From Candidatus Cloacimonadota bacterium (lineage in GTDB: Bacteria; Cloacimonadota; Cloacimonadia; G963667145), in assembly GCA_963676515.1 (NCBI GenBank), contig OY781061.1:143041-207040 (forward strand): 64,000 nucleotides of DNA, read 5' to 3'. Below the pieces are notes generated by a model. The model ran no database searches. It was not told the DNA's origin and saw nothing but the letters and a program-made list of their open reading frames with translations. Within the stretch, counting starts at the first letter, position 1; the number at the start of each line of letters is the position of its first letter. Made by a program: the position numbers and the translations under genes. Shown piece after piece: positions 1 through 8,044 of the stretch.

Positions 1-1130
1 TCAGTCCAATCCTCATTTTGTTGAATCAAAATTGCCCCAATCAAAAGATTGCAGCTCGCTTGATTTGGAAAAATTCTAATGCTTTTTTCCCTTCTTCTAA
101 TCTCTTCATTTAGCCTTTCAATCGGATTCGTACTTTTAATTTTTGACCAATGTTTCCCCGATAAACTTATAAAATTGCTCACCTCTGGCAAACTTTCTTC
201 AAGCCAATCAAACAACTGCATTTTCCCTTTAGATTCTACAGCCTCTAACAGCTTTTCTTTATGATATTTAAACTCTTCCAGTGTGGTTGATTTAACAAAG
301 TTGCTACTCAAAGGAACCAGCCAAGACAAATCTTTTTTGGAGACTTTATCCAAAAGATTTCTTTGCCAATGAACTATGCACCTTTGTTGAGTTTGGCAAG
401 GGAAACACTCATTTAAAGCAGCCTTGAGTCCATCGTGATCATCCCTTATCCAAAGCTCTGTTTCTTTCAGTCCTCTGTTTTTTAAATTCATAAAAAACTC
501 TTTCCAAGTGGTTTTAGCCTCTCTATTTCCCATTACAAATCCCAAAATTTCTCGTCTACCATCTTCCCTTAACCCTATCGCAGTCATAATCGTTTGTGGC
601 TTTACTTGCCCATCTTCACGCACTTTGCTATGGATAGCATCAACCCAAATATAAATATATTTTGAAAGCAATTTGCGAGATTTCCATTTATTTACCTCGT
701 GTTGAATTGGCTGGATATAGCGACTAACCGTACTTTTATCAAGATTTTTAATACCCATTTTTTCAAACAATCTATGCATTTTCCTAGTTGAGACTCCATT
801 AATATAAGCGTTCTGAATGGTACTTATCATCGCTCTATCGACCCTTTGATATCTTTCCATAACGGAAGATGTAAACGAACCACTCCTAACTTTCGGAAAA
901 TCAATCTCCAGATTACCAATACTTGTTTTAAGTCCCCTTTTTCTAGTGCCACTTCTATAAGTCGTTCTCGCCTCGTTTCTTTCATATTTTTTAGCATTCA
1001 AATGCCGATCTAATTCTGCCTGAACGGTTTGATTTACAGCTATTTTTAATAATTCTGCTAAATTATTCCCCGTTTCTTGCTTGACAAGTTGGGTAAGCTC
1101 TTTCAATTTATTATTGCTTGTTTTGGTCAT
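1..1130 (-). CDS. IS256-family (Mutator-like DDE) transposase, 3'-partial
   Basis: I translated it by hand. The ATG is at 1130 with AGGAG 8 nt upstream, and the frame stays open for 376 codons to the window edge. It has no stop in the window, so it is absent from the ORF track. Typical IS256 blocks are present: RYQRVDRAMISTIQNAYINGVSTRKM, YIYIWVDAIHSKVRED, WIRDDHDGLKAAL, STNPIERLNEEIRRR. Confidence 0.88.
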   Translation of the reverse strand, partial: MTKTSNNKLKELTQLVKQETGNNLAELLKIAVNQTVQAELDRHLNAKKYERNEARTTYRSGTRKRGLKTSIGNLEIDFPKVRSGSFTSSVMERYQRVDRAMISTIQNAYINGVSTRKMHRLFEKMGIKNLDKSTVSRYIQPIQHEVNKWKSRKLLSKYIYIWVDAIHSKVREDGQVKPQTIMTAIGLREDGRREILGFVMGNREAKTTWKEFFMNLKNRGLKETELWIRDDHDGLKAALNECFPCQTQQRCIVHWQRNLLDKVSKKDLSWLVPLSSNFVKSTTLEEFKYHKEKLLEAVESKGKMQLFDWLEESLPEVSNFISLSGKHWSKIKSTNPIERLNEEIRRREKSIRIFPNQASCNLLIGAILIQQNEDWT

Positions 1131-1219
1131 TTTTGTCTCCTTGTTCTTTTTATTTAGAACATAAGAACGAAAGTGACCATTTTCATTTTCTAAATTTACA
1201 CCAACTTTGAGACGTTACC
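1..1219 (-). mobile_element. IS256-family insertion sequence, copy A (left end plus most of the transposase gene; the other end lies beyond the window start)
   Basis: Transposase ORF plus an 89-nt leader. Read inward on the minus strand, the end is GGTAACGTCTCAAAGTTGGTGTAAATT (1219->1193). It matches 20/27 the inward-read end of copy B (1408->1382, AGTCAAGTCCCATTTGTGGTGTAAATT), which gives imperfect terminal inverted repeats. The ..AAGTCC..TGTGTAAA.. core resembles IS256 IRs as I remember them. Confidence 0.8.
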
Positions 1220-1360
1220 CAAGCGAGCTGCAATCTTTTGATTGGGGCAATTTTAATTCAACAAAATGAGGATTGGACTGAAGGTAAAATCTATCTAAAT
1301 GTCGAAAAAGAAAAAAAACAGAACCTGCTTATTAAATTGAAGATAGCAGAGAATTTTTAG
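1220..1360 (+). pseudogene. Last 46 codons plus stop of the IS256-family transposase (copy B)
   Basis: The plus-strand frame reads QASCNLLIGAILIQQNEDWTEGKIYLNVEKEKKQNLLIKLKIAENF*. The first 20 residues are identical to the last residues of the copy A ORF at the window edge. Confidence 0.78.
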
Positions 1361-1408
1361 TAATAATTTAGAGCATGAGAGAATTTACACCACAAATGGG
1401 ACTTGACT
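1220..1408 (+). mobile_element. 3' remnant of a second IS256-family copy (copy B), interrupted by the insertion of copy A
   Basis: 1220-1281 is the reverse complement of 62-1 (61/62 identical). The sequence continues to the transposase stop and then to an IR-like end at 1382-1408. Confidence 0.72.
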
Positions 1409-1588
1409 TTGCTGCGACAGTATTTTCCGAAGAAAATGGAGCTTGACAATATTGAGGACGAACAAGTTATAGAAGCTGTTAACAAGCTTAATGATAGACC
1501 GAGGAAATACCTTAGTTATATGACTCCAAGAGAAGTTTTTGAAAGCCAAACAGGAATAAATTTAAGAGAATACGGGATTATGCACTAA
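1403..1588 (+). pseudogene. IS30-family transposase, C-terminal fragment (truncated by IS256 copy B)
   Basis: The ORF-track peptide ...EAVNKLNDRPRKYLSYMTPREVFES... matches the conserved C-terminal LNxRPRKxLxxxTPxEVF block of IS30 transposases. There is no N-terminal or catalytic part, and the apparent TTG start lies inside the IS256 end. Confidence 0.65.
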
Positions 1589-1632
1589 TGAGTCGAATTC
1601 AGCAAATTACTCCTATCTCTAAATATTAAAAA

Positions 1633-2301
1633 TCAAACTTTTGCTATTGTAACTATCGAAAATCCAAAATTTTTCATAAAAGTTTTATTTACTAATTTAC
1701 CTGCAAAAATTAATCTATTTGGTGTTACATTAGGTAAAAGCCAATTATCAACATAAGACTCACTTACTTTTAGTTCAGACTGCATAAAAATATTTAGCAT
1801 ATATTCCTTAGAAAATTTTAAAGCCATTCTTTCTTGTTTTTTAAGCAAAGCAAATAAATACATAAGCAAATTATTTCTGTTCGGTTCAATTGAAACAACG
1901 TATTTTTTTGCTACTCTTTTCATCTCTTGCAAAGCAAGAATTCTATCTTTCTCTATTAAATGATGCAATAAACCTGAGGCAACTACAATATCAAAACTAT
2001 TTTTGTCAAAAGAAAGCTTGGTGGCTAAACCAAAATATTTTTCTTTACAAGGGTTAACTGCTAACATTTTTTGAGAGTAATCTACACCAACAACCTTAAT
2101 AAATTCTTTTTCCAAGCTATATTGGAAAAAACCATTTCCACAACCAACATCCAAAACAGAACTATTTTTACTTTCAGCAAGCAAAGAGCTCACCTTCTTT
2201 GCAAAAGGTTCAAAAACGCCTCTCACCGTGGGATGGTGTGCAGACCTTCTGCTTTTTTTAGAAGAAAACCAATAATGCTCTTGTTGTTGTTTTTTATTCA
2301 T
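1633..2301 (-). CDS. Class I SAM-dependent methyltransferase
   Basis: 222 aa. Motif I is VLDVGCGNGFF, with Methyltransf_11-like spacing. AGGA lies ~8 nt upstream of the ATG. Confidence 0.75.
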   Translation of the reverse strand: MNKKQQQEHYWFSSKKSRRSAHHPTVRGVFEPFAKKVSSLLAESKNSSVLDVGCGNGFFQYSLEKEFIKVVGVDYSQKMLAVNPCKEKYFGLATKLSFDKNSFDIVVASGLLHHLIEKDRILALQEMKRVAKKYVVSIEPNRNNLLMYLFALLKKQERMALKFSKEYMLNIFMQSELKVSESYVDNWLLPNVTPNRLIFAGKLVNKTFMKNFGFSIVTIAKV

Positions 2302-2326
2302 CGTATAAAATCCTATTAATTTCTAA

Positions 2327-3226
2327 TTATTTTTTAACATATTCAATCAAATTTTTATTACCCCAAAAACAACTATAAAAATAAGAACTTATCGCTGGTA
2401 TAATAATCACCAATAAATAAACAAGCAAAGAGTAAGAAAGAATCTCTTCCATAGAAACTCCTAATGGAGATAGAAAATAAAACATTACAAACTCTCGCAA
2501 ACCAATTCCTGAGACAGTTAATGGCATTAAAGAAACTAACTCAGTCAATGCAAATAATCCTAAAATTTCAAAGTAAGAAAGATTTAATTCAACAAAAGAA
2601 AAAAGAAAAAACAACCTATTAAGACAAAGAAAGCCAATAAATATGCTGACAAAAAATAAAAATATTAAAACCCCCTTTTTTTTTAGGGAAAAAAACAAAA
2701 AATATTTAACTTTTTTAAAGCAAAAGTAAAACAACAATGAAAGAAATAAAGAAAAAAATAAACTAACTAAAAAAACTAATTTTAATTTTAAAAAATTTAT
2801 TATAAAAATAATAAAAAAAGAATACGCAAATAAATCTAAAAATTTATCAATTATAATGGATAAAACTCCTTTAAAATAAGGAACATTTTTTTTTTTTATC
2901 ATCAAAGCCTTTGCAAACTCTCCCAATTTCCCTGGAGAAAAAAAACTAAAAACAGCACACGCATTCCAAACGCCAAAACAGTATTTAAAATTAAAACTAT
3001 ACCCTAATATCTTTAAAATTAATTTCCACCTATATGTTTTAAGAAAGACAATAAAGGGATATATAATTAAAACCAAAATCAAAAAAGCTAAATTTATCCT
3101 AGAAAAAATTGCCCAAAATTCACTCCAATTCAATCTATATAATATATAACAAAAAAAAGGAAAGCCTATAAACTTTAAACAGTAAAATAAAAAATATTTA
3201 GACCCTTTCAAAATAAGCCTTTCCAA
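2327..3226 (-). CDS. Polytopic membrane protein, UPF0104 / lysyl-PG-synthase-TM ('flippase-like') type
   Basis: 299 aa with ~8 hydrophobic helices and no soluble domain. The family call rests on architecture and context only. It overlaps the upstream radical SAM gene by 19 nt. Confidence 0.45.
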   Translation of the reverse strand: MERLILKGSKYFLFYCLKFIGFPFFCYILYRLNWSEFWAIFSRINLAFLILVLIIYPFIVFLKTYRWKLILKILGYSFNFKYCFGVWNACAVFSFFSPGKLGEFAKALMIKKKNVPYFKGVLSIIIDKFLDLFAYSFFIIFIINFLKLKLVFLVSLFFSLFLSLLFYFCFKKVKYFLFFSLKKKGVLIFLFFVSIFIGFLCLNRLFFLFSFVELNLSYFEILGLFALTELVSLMPLTVSGIGLREFVMFYFLSPLGVSMEEILSYSLLVYLLVIIIPAISSYFYSCFWGNKNLIEYVKK

Positions 3227-4275
3227 AAATCTCCCGAATAAATTGAATTAACCCCAACTTCACAGCCTTGCCAACACCCTGGGCACTTTTTTACCCATTT
3301 TCTCTGGGAAATAGCTTTTTCAGAAAACCAAATATCCTTAAGACTAGTTTCGTTTAAATTCCCTACAATTTTCGAATTATATATACAAACAGGAATATCT
3401 CCATTAGGGAGCAAACGCAAGTGGTTATTCAAAGCAACGCAACTAGGATTAGGCTTGCTTACATTATTAACAAACCTATTATACATTCCCTTAAATCTAT
3501 ATCTATTAATAATTCTTTCTTGCCAATTACTGCTTTTCCTAATATCAACTTCAAAAAGTTTAATTATTTTTTGTAAATTTCTTTTGGTAAATTTACCAAA
3601 AGTTTTGAAAGAATTTGAAGGATTAACAACTTTTTCATTACTATATAATGCGTTAGAAGAATCGAAAGCTATAGAAGGATAGACTGGTATTTTATAATTT
3701 TTTAAAACATTTTTCACATTATAATATGCACTTATTTCATCTTCAGAAACAATAACTTGATTTACACCCAAATGAAAATTTGTTCCACTTTCATTTCTAT
3801 ATTCCACAAGTTCTCTAATAGAATTAATAGCTTTATTATAAGCTCCTTCATGATTTCTTACCTTATCATGAAGATTTCCTATATTATCTATAGATATTTT
3901 CAAATGTATTTTTTTTTTGTTAACAATTTTTTCAACTACCGACAATATTTTTTTAGGTAAAGTCCCATTAGTTGTAATATGAATTACTTTGGGGTTACAT
4001 ATTTTATCAATAGAATTTATAATTTCATCCAAATCAGATCGCAAAAAAGGCTCTCCTCCAGTTATCCTTAATACATCTAACTTGCCAATTTTTCTAAAAA
4101 CTTTTTTAATTTGGGAAATATCCATTTCGTTTAAAAATTTATTTCTTTTTCTCCAAACATCACAAAAAACACACTTACAGTTACATCTCCAAGTAGGAAT
4201 AAAAGTAACAAAAGAAGGCTTTTGAACTATCATAAACTTATTATAAACAATTGATTTTATTATATTTAATATCAT
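3208..4275 (-). CDS. Radical SAM enzyme with a C-terminal SPASM/twitch-like Cys cluster
   Basis: 355 aa. FIPTWRCNCKCVFCDVW gives the CX3CX2C cluster, and LRITGGEPFL is the GGE SAM motif. The C-terminus is Cys-rich (PSC...PVC...CPGCWQGC). The start could instead be Met15. Confidence 0.75.
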   Translation of the reverse strand: MILNIIKSIVYNKFMIVQKPSFVTFIPTWRCNCKCVFCDVWRKRNKFLNEMDISQIKKVFRKIGKLDVLRITGGEPFLRSDLDEIINSIDKICNPKVIHITTNGTLPKKILSVVEKIVNKKKIHLKISIDNIGNLHDKVRNHEGAYNKAINSIRELVEYRNESGTNFHLGVNQVIVSEDEISAYYNVKNVLKNYKIPVYPSIAFDSSNALYSNEKVVNPSNSFKTFGKFTKRNLQKIIKLFEVDIRKSSNWQERIINRYRFKGMYNRFVNNVSKPNPSCVALNNHLRLLPNGDIPVCIYNSKIVGNLNETSLKDIWFSEKAISQRKWVKKCPGCWQGCEVGVNSIYSGDFWKGLF

Positions 4276-4291
4276 AATATTCTAAATTCCC

Positions 4292-5164
4292 TTAAAACTG
4301 ATTTTTTCTCAATTCACTAATTTGATCAACGACTAATCCTATTAAAAAAGTCATCATAGCTGAAAGAATAAGTAAAAGAGTCGAAGTAGTAATATTTATC
4401 CAAAAAGGATTAAAGTGCAAATCGTTAATTCCAAAATTTATCATTGCTAATACAAAAAATAAGGTGCTAAATTGTATGAATATTTTCAGCGGATTAAATA
4501 AAACTATCAATCTGAGCATTAACATAACCGTTTGCATACCATGTTTTACTTGTTTTACTGAACTTTTACCCTCTCTTTTTGACACTTTTATTGGCAAATA
4601 CTTAACATCATAACCCATATTTATAAAAGCAATCGTAGAAGTAGTAGAATAAGAAAATCCATCACAAAACAAATTTTCTAGTTTCAACAAAATATCTCGT
4701 TGCACAATCCTAAGACCAGAATTTATATCTGGTATTTTAGAACCCGTCAAATAGTTAGCGATTTTTTTCAAAACCCACTTTCCAGGTTTCCTTATTAAAG
4801 ATTGATGAGAATCTTTACCCCTACTACCCACTAGCATATCTGCATCATCAAAACTATTATACAAATTTAAAAGATCTTGTGGGTGATGCTGACCATCAGC
4901 GTCATAAAAAGCAATAATATCTGTTTTTGCTCTTCTAACACCTAACTTCAAAGATGCCCCATAACCTCTATTAGTTTTTCTATTTATTGATTGAATACTT
5001 GCATAATTTGATATGAGTTCCCCTGTAGAATCGTTTGAACCATCATTAATTACCAATATTTGCCAACTCATTTGTTTAGCTATTGGTACAAGTTCATCTA
5101 GAGTCTTACCAATACCCGCTTCTTCATTATATGCAGGAATAATTATAGTTATTTTTTTTTTCAT
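4292..5164 (-). CDS. GT2 polyprenyl-phosphate glycosyltransferase (GtrB/ArnC/DPM1-like)
   Basis: 290 aa. GT2 signatures are ITIIIPAYNEE, NDGSNDST and YDADGQH (DXD). Two C-terminal TM helices follow, as in GtrB/ArnC-type enzymes. Confidence 0.8.
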   Translation of the reverse strand: MKKKITIIIPAYNEEAGIGKTLDELVPIAKQMSWQILVINDGSNDSTGELISNYASIQSINRKTNRGYGASLKLGVRRAKTDIIAFYDADGQHHPQDLLNLYNSFDDADMLVGSRGKDSHQSLIRKPGKWVLKKIANYLTGSKIPDINSGLRIVQRDILLKLENLFCDGFSYSTTSTIAFINMGYDVKYLPIKVSKREGKSSVKQVKHGMQTVMLMLRLIVLFNPLKIFIQFSTLFFVLAMINFGINDLHFNPFWINITTSTLLLILSAMMTFLIGLVVDQISELRKNQF

Positions 5165-5174
5165 TATTTTAAAT

Positions 5175-6557
5175 TTATCCTAAATGACAACATTTTTTTT
5201 CAAAATAGTCACACATTTTTTTTACATAAAAACTATTAAAAATATAAAACCAAAATAAAGGTATAAAGATAAAAACAATACGCTTATAAGAAGAAAATCT
5301 AATTGTTCTTAACATAGACTCTAAAGACCTTCCATAGCCTGAAAAAGAAAAATAAAAAATAACTCCATAAAAAAACCACATCAAAGCAATTATTTCTAGA
5401 AATCTCCATTCGTATAACTGATTTTTTTTTATATTAATACCCAGAAATAGAGTAAAAAACCAAAAAGATAAACCAAACAGGTTTAGGGAAAAATTAGTTT
5501 CTAACATTGTTTTGAAAATCAAAAAAATATCATGAAAATTTATAGTCAATGAATCAAAAATTTTAGATCTAATCTGCTCTTTACCAAAGAGAAATAAGCA
5601 GATTTGCCACAAAATAAAAATAAAAGTAGGAGGCAATAAATAAAGAAAAGCCCTCTTTACTCTCTTTTTTCTCCATTCACAATATAAAAGGATACAAAAA
5701 ATACCTCCCACAAAAGCTATGGCTTCATTTCTTATCCAAACTGAACCACATAACATCAAACAAGATAAAATTAAATCATCTTTTTTATTGTCCCTAAAAT
5801 AAATTAAACAATACAAGACAGATAATGAAGTATAAAATGCAAGGGGCATATTGGTTGAAGTCAAACTAGAGAAAGCATACATTTCAGGAGTAATAATAAC
5901 AAACAACACAGTCAAAATTGATACAAGTCTGTTTTTACTATATCTAAAAATAAAATTATACAAAACAAAAATGAAATTAATATAAAGTAAGGAAACCACT
6001 ATTTTAACCGTAGATAATCCACAAAAATAAGCTAAACTAAAAGCATACATAGGTAACAGCGGATAAAGAAAAAGATTTTCAGTAAATGCAGAAAGATTAA
6101 CAAACCTATTCAAACAAGTACCTTCAAAAACAATTAATTTTGCTGTTAGTACATAATTATGCACAGCATCAAAATTAAAAGTAGGCCAAAATAAAGATTT
6201 ACGCACAGAAGCATAAATAAAAAATAGAACTATGCTCAATAAAAAAAGCCAAACAAAATTATAATTTTTGATGCCAAAATTTCCCCAAAATAATTTAATT
6301 TTTAGACAATCTTTTTTTAAATTACCTTTTACAAATAAAAAGAATAACATGGAAAATATAGAAGGTAAAATGTAAATAATAAACAAATTCAGCTTAATCT
6401 GAAAAACATTTAAAAAAAACATTCCCAAAGTTTGAAGCAGTAGACCCACTAAAAAAGATAACCCTAACTTTTCCAAAATATTTTCCATTCCCAAAAAGCT
6501 TAAAGCAAGATAGCCAAAGAAAGTGATTAATAAAATCAATAAAATAAATGCCATCAT
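5175..6557 (-). CDS. Large polytopic membrane protein, possible GT-C-type (ArnT/GtrC-like) glycosyltransferase
   Basis: 460 aa with at least 10 hydrophobic segments and no soluble domain. The call rests on size, topology and its position next to the GtrB-like GT2. I verified no catalytic motif. Confidence 0.4.
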   Translation of the reverse strand: MMAFILLILLITFFGYLALSFLGMENILEKLGLSFLVGLLLQTLGMFFLNVFQIKLNLFIIYILPSIFSMLFFLFVKGNLKKDCLKIKLFWGNFGIKNYNFVWLFLLSIVLFFIYASVRKSLFWPTFNFDAVHNYVLTAKLIVFEGTCLNRFVNLSAFTENLFLYPLLPMYAFSLAYFCGLSTVKIVVSLLYINFIFVLYNFIFRYSKNRLVSILTVLFVIITPEMYAFSSLTSTNMPLAFYTSLSVLYCLIYFRDNKKDDLILSCLMLCGSVWIRNEAIAFVGGIFCILLYCEWRKKRVKRAFLYLLPPTFIFILWQICLFLFGKEQIRSKIFDSLTINFHDIFLIFKTMLETNFSLNLFGLSFWFFTLFLGINIKKNQLYEWRFLEIIALMWFFYGVIFYFSFSGYGRSLESMLRTIRFSSYKRIVFIFIPLFWFYIFNSFYVKKMCDYFEKKCCHLG

Positions 6558-7087
6558 TTCCCCTCTCTTATAGAATACACACCAAATTTAGAAACTTTTA
6601 GGTTTGGAATTAATTCTTTGTGACCCTTACCGTCAATTATAGCAACATGAGTTACATCCATGTTAAGTTCAGCAATATCTTTTTCTGTTCTAACTGGTAC
6701 TCTAGGATAAAGAAAAAATAGTTCCCACTCTCCTGAACCTAAACGCTTTGATCCATTAAACTTGGAATTTTTGGGGAAAAGAATAACAGCATCGTCAGGT
6801 GTACTCGCATTCAAAAAGTTTAAGAATTTGTAATCTTCCTGGCATTTAATATACCATTTATTTTCAAGAGTAAGATTAGAATTATTTTTAATAAGCTCCA
6901 AATTCCCTTTTGCTAAAGAATGATAGACCCACTTGTATGAAGGAACAAAGTTTGAAATTAATGTCCATAAAATAACCATGAAAAAAATCACCGCAACATT
7001 AAAAAAAAAATGCTTGAAAAAAATATTTTCCTTCATCTTTGGCGAATGATTAGATTTGTTCTTTTTTTTCTTTTTTTTCTTCCCCAT
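6554..7087 (-). CDS. Membrane-anchored hypothetical protein
   Basis: 177 aa. It has a Lys-rich N-terminus (MGKKKKKKKNK), one TM helix and a ~120-aa extracytoplasmic part. The ATG lies 1 nt after the nadC stop, with a GGAAGGGTGAG RBS located inside the nadC 3' end. Confidence 0.4.
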   Translation of the reverse strand: MGKKKKKKKNKSNHSPKMKENIFFKHFFFNVAVIFFMVILWTLISNFVPSYKWVYHSLAKGNLELIKNNSNLTLENKWYIKCQEDYKFLNFLNASTPDDAVILFPKNSKFNGSKRLGSGEWELFFLYPRVPVRTEKDIAELNMDVTHVAIIDGKGHKELIPNLKVSKFGVYSIREGK

Positions 7088-7088
7088 C

Positions 7089-8042
7089 TCACCCTTCCAT
7101 TTTTTGGTGCAAGTCTAAGCTGCAAGCACCCTCAGTGATAGCAGATGTAGAAACAACATCCACACCCGATGCTCCGTAATCAACCAGATTGTTGAGCGTT
7201 ATTCCACCTGATGCTTCCAACAAAACCTTATCCCTAAGCGATCTTTCTTCCAGCATATCACAAAAAGTAGAGATATTACTTGGTAATATATTATCCAGCA
7301 TAATTATCGGCACACCTTCGTAGCGACTCCTCGCAAAAATCTGTGCAGCCAAAAGCCCATCTTCCAGCGTCTCGACCTCTATTTCGACAGGAACTTTAAC
7401 CTCTTCACAAGCTGTGATGACAGACTCTATCGCCTCTTTCCCTTGAAACTTCTTAATAATGTCCAAATGACAATCTTTGATCATTATATGCTTATCCAAA
7501 CCTATTCTATGGGTAAGTCCACCCCCTACATACACAGCTCTTTTCTCCATCAGCTCACAAGTTACCACTTTCCGTGTAGCAGCCACCTGTGCTCCTGAAC
7601 CTTGCAAAAGCTGAGCATAACTTCTCGTAGCAGTGGCTATTCCAGACATTCTTCGTACGATGTTCAGCCCCACTCTTTCCAAAGTTAAAAGTGTTTGTGC
7701 CGACCCTGTAATTTCTACCAGTCTCTGATTTTTTATTATCTCTTGACCGTCGGCTATTAAAAATTTTAAACTCACATTTTGCGACTTATACAAGAAGTTT
7801 AACTCCTGCTGACCACAAAATACGCCGCTCTCTTTGCTCTTGATGACAGCACTCATTTCCAAGCCCATAGGTATTACAGTCTGAGTGGTGATGTCTCCAG
7901 TACCGACATCCTCACGCAAAGCTGTAGAAATAAACTCTCCTACTTGCCTTGAATATTCTTGATTTTCAAAGTTAAGATTTTTACCTTGCTGATAAACTTG
8001 CTCCACTCTTTCTTTTCTTCTCATTTGATTTATATCTCTCAT
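7089..8042 (-). CDS. nadC: Nicotinate-nucleotide diphosphorylase (quinolinate phosphoribosyltransferase)
   Basis: 317 aa. LREDVGTGDITT is present, the length fits a type II PRTase, and the gene sits downstream of nadA/nadB. Confidence 0.9.
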   Translation of the reverse strand: MRDINQMRRKERVEQVYQQGKNLNFENQEYSRQVGEFISTALREDVGTGDITTQTVIPMGLEMSAVIKSKESGVFCGQQELNFLYKSQNVSLKFLIADGQEIIKNQRLVEITGSAQTLLTLERVGLNIVRRMSGIATATRSYAQLLQGSGAQVAATRKVVTCELMEKRAVYVGGGLTHRIGLDKHIMIKDCHLDIIKKFQGKEAIESVITACEEVKVPVEIEVETLEDGLLAAQIFARSRYEGVPIIMLDNILPSNISTFCDMLEERSLRDKVLLEASGGITLNNLVDYGASGVDVVSTSAITEGACSLDLHQKMEG

Positions 8043-8044
8043 AT

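Noticed and set aside
79-264. 61-aa plus-strand ORF at the left edge, plus other small ORFs overlapping real genes (for example 47499-47681, 26363-26569, 36052-36240 and 23566-23787).
   Set aside because: The first lies antisense inside the IS256 transposase gene. The others overlap strongly supported genes in other frames and have no RBS or recognisable features.
1633-5164. The combination of GT2, radical SAM and a UPF0104-like membrane protein recalls the hopanoid side-chain genes hpnI/hpnJ/hpnL.
   Set aside because: There is no squalene-hopene cyclase, hpnH, hpnK or other hopanoid gene in the window. HpnJ is a larger B12-binding radical SAM enzyme, whereas this one is a small SPASM/twitch type. 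The adjacent GT-C-like protein fits a Gtr/Arn-type periplasmic glycosylation better.
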